Source: an uncultured Saprospiraceae bacterium (GTDB lineage: Bacteria > Bacteroidota > Bacteroidia > Chitinophagales > Saprospiraceae). From it: 64,000 nucleotides of DNA. The stretch is from the NCBI GenBank assembly GCA_964479625.1, contig CAYZMS010000001.1:1442-65441 (forward strand). The letters are read 5' to 3'. The notes below the pieces were generated by a model. It saw nothing but the letters and a program-made list of their open reading frames with translations. It was not told the origin of the DNA and ran no database searches. Of the stretch, positions 26,230-33,714 are shown piece after piece. The position numbers were made by a program, and so were the translations under genes. The stretch's first letter is position 1, and every line of letters starts with the position of its first letter.

Positions 26230-27195
26230 TTATTTTTTATCATCTTCGTCATCAATGATGGCATCATCAATGATGTCGTCTCCGTCTTCGTCCCGGTCTT
26301 CAAACCCGTGGGATTTTCCACTTTTTTCTTTTTCTTCATGTGTAGGATCCTCGGAAATGCGGATGGAGCCTTCTCCCTCGTTGTGGTAATCTCCTTCAGC
26401 GAAGCGTTTTGCCCGGTCAAAAAAGCTGTCGGTTCCTTCCAGGGTGCTTTTTTCAGCATCTTTAAGGCTATCGGTAAACATGCGATCCCGGTCCCGGGCC
26501 TTTTCTTCTATCTCCTTTCCCGCTTTTTCTGCCTTGTCGAACAGGCTTTCTTTGCCCTCAGCTTCTTTAGCTGCCTTTTCCTTTGCAGCTTCCGCATCGG
26601 CCTTGTCCATCAATTCGTCCAACCTGGTCTTTGCCTTATCGTACAGTTTACCGCCTTCCTCCAGGATCTTACCACCAACCTTTTCGGAGGTTTCTCCAAA
26701 TTTATCCATGAATTTTTCACCGGTATCCAGTACTTTGTCACCAACCTGCTCGGCTACTTCTCCAGCCTTGCGCCCCGCTTCGTTTAGCCCTTCTTTCCAT
26801 TTTTCGGACCGTTCACTTTTGGGTTCAGAGCCCCGCTCCTGAGGTTGATCAATAGCCTCGAAATTGAAATTGCGGTCAGCATCATCTGGTGAATCGGCCA
26901 GGCCAGTATTCTGAAGGTTTTGGGAACCTTCCGGTCTTGGCCTTGGGGGGTGTTCCGGAACGAGCTCGTCCGCTTCTTTTGAATCCGGCCCTAAATCAAA
27001 GATCTCCTCTGCCTTATCTTTGGCAAGATCGAAGAAATCCTCTGCTTTATCTTTGGCCTTGTCGAATGCTTCCTTCGAATGTTCGCTGATATCCCGGGCG
27101 GCCTCCTTACCTGTATTTACCGCTTTATTGGCGGTCGATTTAGTAACCGACTGGACACCAAATAGTACTTTTTTGATCTCGCTGAAAAATCCCAT
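26230..27195 (-). CDS. Highly charged, low-complexity (E/K/D/A-rich) repeat protein, hydrophilin/LEA-like
   Basis: 321 aa from ATG 27195 (MGFFSEIKKVLFG...). Recurrent (F/L)(F/Y)D(K/L/R)AK motifs. Acidic tail is EDRDEDGDDIIDDAIIDDEDDKK. The track start at 27330 adds an implausible hydrophobic leader. Confidence 0.6.
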   Translation of the reverse strand: MGFFSEIKKVLFGVQSVTKSTANKAVNTGKEAARDISEHSKEAFDKAKDKAEDFFDLAKDKAEEIFDLGPDSKEADELVPEHPPRPRPEGSQNLQNTGLADSPDDADRNFNFEAIDQPQERGSEPKSERSEKWKEGLNEAGRKAGEVAEQVGDKVLDTGEKFMDKFGETSEKVGGKILEEGGKLYDKAKTRLDELMDKADAEAAKEKAAKEAEGKESLFDKAEKAGKEIEEKARDRDRMFTDSLKDAEKSTLEGTDSFFDRAKRFAEGDYHNEGEGSIRISEDPTHEEKEKSGKSHGFEDRDEDGDDIIDDAIIDDEDDKK

Positions 27196-27497
27196 GGGTG
27201 ATTTGTTGGTTTTGTGAGAAAATGTAAATGCATTTTTGGACGTCCAGGACGGCCTCAATGAAAAACGCTGCCAAAAGATAAGGAGAAAGTAGGGGAATGT
27301 AAAGGTGTATTGTACCTTAGTAAGCAGCATGGTCCAACAAGCTCGGCAATTGAATGCAATACTTCTCAGTACTTAGGTCATAGGCTTCGGGCAAATAGCC
27401 TGATCGATTCCAATTTTGGGAGGACATATTGAACAGTTCGAACAAAAACCCTGGTGAGCAGCTAAATCCAATCCCAAACCATTAGGAATAAAGTTTA

Positions 27498-28193
27498 ATG
27501 AATCTCCAAAAACTTCAAGCGGCTTTTTCAGGCTTCAAGAAATGGTTAACAGGCCCGGAGGCAGCTGTTCGCCTGCATCTTTGGGAATCGCAAGCGCACT
27601 TTCAGCAACATTGGGATCTGGGCGCAACCGATGGCGCTGCCATGTATGATCGCAGTTTACAAAACTCCAGGACAAGGCGTTTATGGAAAAGAGAGCAATT
27701 CGAGCCCAAGCGGGTCATGCTGCTCTTTTGGCAACAGTTTCCGGACTTTACCCGGCAGGCCTTTCGGGACCTGTTCGACGAAAGTAAGGCTGTTGACAGC
27801 CGTATGGATCGTTTTGTGTTTTATTGTGATCAGTTGCTGGAACAATACCGGGAAAGCAAACCCCATTCCATTGAGAATAACCACTATCACAACAATGATC
27901 ATCGGATGAGCTCGGTTTACCTGGCCTTCCGGTACCCGGAGCAGTATACCCTTTATGATTTCGATTTGTTTATAGCCAGCCTGCAGCAACTGGGGGTTGC
28001 CAATTTGCCGAAGGCCAATGAGCTCGAACGCTTTTTTAAGGTATCCAGAACCATTTTCAAATTGATGAGCCGCGACGAAGAACTGTTCGAATTGCATGAA
28101 AACAGGCTTCAGAAAAACTTACATTATGGGGGAACTTCTTTGCTGTTGGTTTATGATTTTTGCTGCTGGTTAAGTGGCTTAAAGTTAGAGTAG
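27498..28193 (+). CDS. Hypothetical protein, 231 aa
   Basis: ATG-initiated ORF with no signal peptide or TM segment. No motif I can assign with confidence. Confidence 0.55.
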   Translation: MNLQKLQAAFSGFKKWLTGPEAAVRLHLWESQAHFQQHWDLGATDGAAMYDRSLQNSRTRRLWKREQFEPKRVMLLFWQQFPDFTRQAFRDLFDESKAVDSRMDRFVFYCDQLLEQYRESKPHSIENNHYHNNDHRMSSVYLAFRYPEQYTLYDFDLFIASLQQLGVANLPKANELERFFKVSRTIFKLMSRDEELFELHENRLQKNLHYGGTSLLLVYDFCCWLSGLKLE

Positions 28194-28270
28194 TAATGCT
28201 AAAGCCCTGAATGAACAACAACGGCTACAAATAGGCTTGTTCATTTGGTTTAGCCACAGGCGGCTATTCG

Positions 28271-28870
28271 TCATTCCACTTTTACCAATTCTAACCTGGT
28301 ATTGATCCAACTTGTACCCAATTCGGAGGAAGTCATTATGCCGTTTTCATAGAACAGGATATTATTTTTTTTACCCTGTCGGTGTAATTCGTATTCAGCC
28401 GGGCCTTTTGCTTCAATTGTTTGCCAATTCCCAAATTGTTCAGATAGGACCATTTGGTCATTTTGGGGCTCGTTAAAATATAAATTAATAGCAGTAGCCT
28501 TGATAGGCCCCTTAATTTGGGTTTCCTGGCCGCTTTTTTCGGTCATGATACAGGCCGCACCTTTGCATTCAATGCGCGTTTTCTCCCGCAGGTTGCCATT
28601 TACGTGGACAGTGACCAAGGACGATTCAAGTTGGTCGTTTCGAAAAACGGCAACCAGCTCGTGATCCACATTGAAGGTAGCTATCCGGGATATCTTCGTG
28701 CTATTTTTACTATGATATTCGGTAAGTTCTCCCTGCTGCTTTTTGCTGATCACCAGAGTACCGATGTTTTTTTCATTGTTCAGCACATTGTAATGCAGGG
28801 TAGTGGCCTGGGCTTTTGCCTGGGTTGGGCTTGCCAAAAGTAGCACCAGTGTTAAGAGTATATTCATCAT
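28271..28870 (-). CDS. Secreted hypothetical protein (about 199 aa)
   Basis: Signal peptide MMNILLTLVLLLASPTQAKAQ from ATG 28870, followed by a beta-rich body. The track start at 28936 precedes the signal peptide. Confidence 0.6.
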   Translation of the reverse strand: MMNILLTLVLLLASPTQAKAQATTLHYNVLNNEKNIGTLVISKKQQGELTEYHSKNSTKISRIATFNVDHELVAVFRNDQLESSLVTVHVNGNLREKTRIECKGAACIMTEKSGQETQIKGPIKATAINLYFNEPQNDQMVLSEQFGNWQTIEAKGPAEYELHRQGKKNNILFYENGIMTSSELGTSWINTRLELVKVE

Positions 28871-28966
28871 TTTTAATTTAGAATTAACGCAAGGCAAGTT
28901 CCTGGCTTCTGAAAGGAGGGTAATTTTAAAGATCAATCCTTTTATTTACTTAAGCACATTCACCTC

Positions 28967-30289
28967 ATGAAGTTACCTTTAGTTTTTGTTTTTATAATCA
29001 TTTCTTTCTTAACTCAGGCTCAGTCCGATATGTTGGAATCTGGGCCGATGTTAGGGTATGTTGAAATGCGGGAAGCCCTGTTGTGGGTCCAAACCAAAGA
29101 GCCTGCAGCGGTGCAGATTTCTTGGCAAGCCAGGGATGTAAAAACTGCTCCTGAGCAATCTCCTGTTATTAGAACAGAAAAAACCATGGCTTGTATTGCC
29201 AAATTTGCATTGCCTTACCTCGAACCAGGAACAAGCTATCGATACGATGTACTGGTAAATGGGCAAAAAGTGGAGCTGGACTATCCCACCGAGTTCACCA
29301 CCCAGCCCCTTTGGCAATACCGGGAGGACCCTCCTGAATTTACGGTGGCCACTGGGAGTTGTTTTTATGTAAACGAAGAGCCATACGATCGTCTCGGTGC
29401 TGCTTATGGGGGGGCTTACCGGATTTTCGAGCAGATCCATCAACGCGACCCGGACCTCATGTTATGGTTGGGAGACAACACTTATCTGCGCGAAGTTGAT
29501 TGGTTCTCTCGTTCAGGTATTCTCCATCGGTACACTCATACCCGGGCTGTGGAAGAATTGCAACCCCTTTTGGCCAGTGCCCACCATTATGCGATCTGGG
29601 ATGACCACGATTTTGGACCGAATAATTCGGATCGCTCCTATATTCACAAGAATCTTACCCGCGAAGCTTTCGAATTATTTTGGGGAAATCCAAGTTATGG
29701 CCTGGATGGGAAGCATGGGATCACCACCTTCTTTCAATATGGGGATATTGACTTTTTTTTAATGGATAACCGCTACTTCCGTGCACCAAACGAACGGGAA
29801 TCGACTGACCGAACTATGCTGGGAAAGGAACAACTGGAATGGTTAATCGATGCACTTACCACCAGCAGGGCTCCTTTCAAGGTAGTTGTAATCGGAGGAC
29901 AGGTCCTCAACACCCATGAGCAATATGAAACTTACGCCAACCTTTACCCCGAGGAGCGACAATACCTGCTCAACCGGATCAGAGAAGAAGAAATCTACAA
30001 TGTTTTTTTTCTAGATGGCGATCGGCACCATACGGAATTTTCCAAACTGCAACTGGATAATGGCATTATGGTGCATGATATGACCTGCTCTCCTCTGACC
30101 TCTGGAGCGCATACCAATGTGCAGGAAAATAATCAGCTGCGCGTGGAAGGAACTTTAGTGGAAGAACGCAATTTTGCCATGTTGACCTTTTCTGGCCCCA
30201 GGGATTCCCGTAAACTTCAGATCGAGGTATTCGATGCGGATGGTAAGCTACTCTGGGAGCAACGATTACGCTCTCAAAAACCAGATTAA
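28967..30289 (+). CDS. PhoD-like alkaline phosphatase / metallophosphatase
   Basis: 440 aa with a signal peptide and metallophosphatase motifs LWLGDNTYLRE, WDDHDFGPNNSD and FLDGDRHHTEF. Confidence 0.85.
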   Translation: MKLPLVFVFIIISFLTQAQSDMLESGPMLGYVEMREALLWVQTKEPAAVQISWQARDVKTAPEQSPVIRTEKTMACIAKFALPYLEPGTSYRYDVLVNGQKVELDYPTEFTTQPLWQYREDPPEFTVATGSCFYVNEEPYDRLGAAYGGAYRIFEQIHQRDPDLMLWLGDNTYLREVDWFSRSGILHRYTHTRAVEELQPLLASAHHYAIWDDHDFGPNNSDRSYIHKNLTREAFELFWGNPSYGLDGKHGITTFFQYGDIDFFLMDNRYFRAPNERESTDRTMLGKEQLEWLIDALTTSRAPFKVVVIGGQVLNTHEQYETYANLYPEERQYLLNRIREEEIYNVFFLDGDRHHTEFSKLQLDNGIMVHDMTCSPLTSGAHTNVQENNQLRVEGTLVEERNFAMLTFSGPRDSRKLQIEVFDADGKLLWEQRLRSQKPD

Positions 30290-30575
30290 GGAATAGGTCT
30301 GAAGTAGGTGTTCAATGCCCTTGTATCTTTCTTCGCTTTTTGGGGATACCCAGGCAGGATACTCGCCATTACCTTGTTTGATGCATCCCTCAGGGATTTC
30401 CAGTCAAGGCTTGAAAGGGTGATTTTACTACTTTTCAGGGAAGGGCAGGTAAAATAAAGGGATGAGAAGGCTGGATTTTGAACCGCTTTCGGTTCTAAGG
30501 CGTATTTATGGTTTGAATCCCAAAGCCTGTTACAGGACTTTCTCCAGGTGGGGAAGGTCTAAAAACGTATAGAGC

Positions 30576-31373
30576 ATGAAGCACATTCGTACTACTTTTT
30601 TCTGGGGTAGCCTGATCGGTTTACTTTTCGGTTGTAGTGAATCACCCCCGGCTTCCGGGTCGGCAGATAAGCCAGAGGAAGAAAACCCTGCTCAAAGGAT
30701 CATTGATCAGGCTATTGCAGCGCACGGGCTGGAGGGGGTGGTTAGTAGTGAATTGCAGTTTACCTTTCGCGATCGGGACTACCTGGCGGTTCGTCAGGAT
30801 GGGACCTACACTTACGAACGCCGTTTTCTGGATACCACTGGTGCAGCTTTCAAGGATGTATTAACCAACAAGGACTTCATTCGAACCATAAACGGCGATA
30901 CGGCTACCTTGACCGAAGAACGAAAAACGGCTTATTCAAGCTCCGTTAATTCTGTGATTTACTTTGCCCTACTTCCCTGGTTTCTCAATGACCCTGCCGT
31001 TCAGAAGGAATACCTTGGAACAAGCAGGCTGAAGGGAGAACCATATGACAAAATTAAGGTAACTTTCTGGCAAGAAGACGGGGGTAAAGACCACGAGGAT
31101 GAATTTGTTTACTGGTTCCATAGCAAGCAGCATACCATGGATTACCTTGCCTATAATTACCTTACCGACGGCGGTGGCGCCCGATTTCGCCAAGCTTATA
31201 ATATTCGCTCCATCAATGGTACCCGCTTTGCCGATTACATCAATTATAAACCGACGGATCCCGAAGAGCGCAGGGTCGAACGCTTCGACGCCCTTTTTGA
31301 ATCTGGTGCCATGGAGGAATTGTCGCGGATAGACCTGCGAAATATAGAGTATAAATTATTGGATAAGCGGTAA
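30576..31373 (+). CDS. Lipoprotein of unknown function
   Basis: 265 aa. Lipobox LLFGC is followed by an acidic linker. Confidence 0.6.
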   Translation: MKHIRTTFFWGSLIGLLFGCSESPPASGSADKPEEENPAQRIIDQAIAAHGLEGVVSSELQFTFRDRDYLAVRQDGTYTYERRFLDTTGAAFKDVLTNKDFIRTINGDTATLTEERKTAYSSSVNSVIYFALLPWFLNDPAVQKEYLGTSRLKGEPYDKIKVTFWQEDGGKDHEDEFVYWFHSKQHTMDYLAYNYLTDGGGARFRQAYNIRSINGTRFADYINYKPTDPEERRVERFDALFESGAMEELSRIDLRNIEYKLLDKR

Positions 31374-31508
31374 ATAAGGTCCCGGATCAAACCTAAGGTT
31401 AAGTCCTCCAAGCGCATAAGTGGAGTTTCTTCAAGTGTAAAGTAGTTCTTAAAGAAAAACCTTAATATTGGGGCTGCTTGATACTCCATACTAAGTCCTT
31501 TGTACTCC

Positions 31509-32528
31509 ATGAAAATCCTCTTGCTTCGTTTTTCCTCTATTGGTGATATCGTCCTGACCAGTCCGGTGATCAGGGGGTTAAAATTGCAGACAGGAGCGGA
31601 GATCCACTTTTTGACCAAGCAAACTTTTTCGGCCATTCCGGAAGCCAACCCCTACGTCGATCGTACCTGGACCATCGGGCCCGGAGATATAGGAGAGGTG
31701 TTACCCGATTTAAAGAAAGAGAAGTTTGACTATTTGATCGATCTGCATAAAAACCTTAGGACTGCCCGGGTTCGCCTGGCACTGGGGGTTAGGACTTTTA
31801 CCTTCCGGAAACTGAACCTGGAAAAATGGTTACTGGTCAACCTTAAAATAGACCACCTGCCCAATATCCATGTGGTGGAGCGTTATATGGAAACCGTAAA
31901 AAAACTGGGGGTAAACTATGATGCCAAGGGTTTGGATTACTTTATTCCAGAGGAGGATCAGCTTGGGGCAGAAGCTTTAGCCAAAAACTTTCCGTTGGAA
32001 TATAAAGAACAAATAGAAAAGGGTAATTTTCTTGCCATCGTTGTGGGAGCGGCCCATGCCACAAAGCAGATCCCTGAGGATATGTTAATCCAGTTTGGCA
32101 TGGCCTGCCCAAAACCCATGATACTGCTTGGTGGGCCTGGGGACAAAAGGAGAGGGGCCAAAATTGCGGAAGCTGTGGGTACAAAGGTTTGGAATGCTTG
32201 TGGAAGCTTGAGATTGCACCAATCCGCTTCCGTAATTGCCTTGTCAGAGCAAGTGGTGACACCGGATACCGGTTTGATGCATATCGCTGCGGCCCTGCGC
32301 AAGCCAGTAGTGAGTATTTGGGGAAATACAACCCCCCGGTTTGGTATGTATCCCTTTTATCCGGATGGCTTTTCGGGAGAGAACCGCTATGAAGTGAGCG
32401 CGCTTAGCTGCAGGCCTTGTTCGAAAATCGGTTATCCGGAATGTCCCAGAGGGCATTTTAAGTGTATGTACGAGCAGGATTTGGAAAAAATGTTAAATGA
32501 TTTGGCCCCTGCGGCTGATAAGGCCTAA
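31509..32528 (+). CDS. Glycosyltransferase family 9 (heptosyltransferase-like)
   Basis: MKILLLRFSSIGDIVLTSPVIRGLK N-terminus, and a C-terminal VVTPDTGLMHIAAALRKPVVSIWG motif typical of GT9. The track start at 31500 is TTG. Confidence 0.85.
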   Translation: MKILLLRFSSIGDIVLTSPVIRGLKLQTGAEIHFLTKQTFSAIPEANPYVDRTWTIGPGDIGEVLPDLKKEKFDYLIDLHKNLRTARVRLALGVRTFTFRKLNLEKWLLVNLKIDHLPNIHVVERYMETVKKLGVNYDAKGLDYFIPEEDQLGAEALAKNFPLEYKEQIEKGNFLAIVVGAAHATKQIPEDMLIQFGMACPKPMILLGGPGDKRRGAKIAEAVGTKVWNACGSLRLHQSASVIALSEQVVTPDTGLMHIAAALRKPVVSIWGNTTPRFGMYPFYPDGFSGENRYEVSALSCRPCSKIGYPECPRGHFKCMYEQDLEKMLNDLAPAADKA

Positions 32529-32597
32529 TTTCCCGTGGTTTTGAGGAAAAGAATTATCTTTCAGAGCGTAGTTAGCATCCTCCCTAAATTCTACTTT

Positions 32598-33647
32598 ATG
32601 AGATCAGGTTTTTTACCTTTAATTCTTCTTGCTTTTTTTTGCCTTCCTGGCCAGGCACAGGATATTCATTTCACGATGTACGATATGTCGCCATTAACCC
32701 TGAACCCAGCCCATACCGGGGCCTTTAGTGGTACAGTGCGGATTGGAGGGATCTACCGGGATCAATGGGCTAGCGTTATCGACCGGCAATATCAGACTCC
32801 CTCCTTCTATGCTGATGCACCAATTTTACCTGGTTTCCGGCAGCAGGACTGGATCGGTGTAGGCTTGACCTTCCTGACAGATCGGGCCGGTTCTGCCAAT
32901 TTGCGAAACAATGCTTCCATGCTTTCGGCTTCCTATCATTTCGCTTTCGATGCCGATCGAAAAACGGTTTTGACGCTTGGGGTGCAGGGAGGAACGACCT
33001 CCAGGAGACTGGACATTCTTTCTACCGATCTGAAGTTTGCGGATGAGATTGATGCTGGCCTTGGAGGTGGTGGTCTGGGAGCCGGGAATAGTCCAGACCG
33101 GGAAACGAACGATGAGACCTCCGCTTTGGATATTAATGCCGGCTTAATGCTGCGCCAGCGCCTGGGAGGGAATGATCATTTCGAACTGGGGTTTGCTATG
33201 CACCATATCAATAACCCGGAATATAACTTCCTTTCTAATGCAGGAGGTTCGAATAATAATAATGACGAGAACAATCGACCGGCCAGAACTACTATACACG
33301 GGCGCTATTACACGGAGTTGACGGACATTTTTAGCCTGACGCCTTCCTTCTTGTTCCAGAGTACAGCCGGAACCAGCGAAATTGCCCTTCAGGCTCTGGG
33401 CGGTATGAAAATTAATGAGGATTTCACCTTACAGTTTGGTCCAGGTTACCGTTTTGAGGACGCCGTTCAGGTTATGGCGGGTGTGAAATACAAGAACCTT
33501 ACCGTTCGTTTGGCATATGATATCAACACTTCTCCCCTGAGCGGGGTTTCAAATGGGCAGGGAGGCTTTGAGATCGCAGCCAATTATATTATCAAGATCA
33601 ATAAGGATCCCGAAGTGCCGACCGCTACTTTATGCCCTGCCTTATAG
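32598..33647 (+). CDS. PorP/SprF-family type IX secretion system membrane protein
   Basis: Signal peptide then the QDIHFTMYDMSPLTLNPAHTG family signature, and a beta-barrel-like body of about 349 aa. ATG at 32598. Confidence 0.85.
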   Translation: MRSGFLPLILLAFFCLPGQAQDIHFTMYDMSPLTLNPAHTGAFSGTVRIGGIYRDQWASVIDRQYQTPSFYADAPILPGFRQQDWIGVGLTFLTDRAGSANLRNNASMLSASYHFAFDADRKTVLTLGVQGGTTSRRLDILSTDLKFADEIDAGLGGGGLGAGNSPDRETNDETSALDINAGLMLRQRLGGNDHFELGFAMHHINNPEYNFLSNAGGSNNNNDENNRPARTTIHGRYYTELTDIFSLTPSFLFQSTAGTSEIALQALGGMKINEDFTLQFGPGYRFEDAVQVMAGVKYKNLTVRLAYDINTSPLSGVSNGQGGFEIAANYIIKINKDPEVPTATLCPAL

Positions 33648-33714
33648 GGAGTTTAACAGCCTATTAATGTATAAGCCGGTCGTTTTGACGTTAACCAGAA
33701 AAAAGAATCAACTT

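Noticed and set aside
26308-26842. Two long + strand ORFs (159 and 132 aa) overlapping the charged repeat protein gene
   Set aside because: They are antisense shadows of a GAA/AAG/GAT-rich gene. Their translations are low-complexity S/F/L strings with no start context or motifs. The minus-strand frame gives a coherent repeat protein.
33553-33714. ORF-track start of the PorE-like gene overlapping the end of the PorP/SprF gene
   Set aside because: The extension has no signal peptide and overlaps the upstream gene by 95 nt. ATG 33715 gives a normal signal peptide (MIRALIIVALMVCSCWVNIHAQ).
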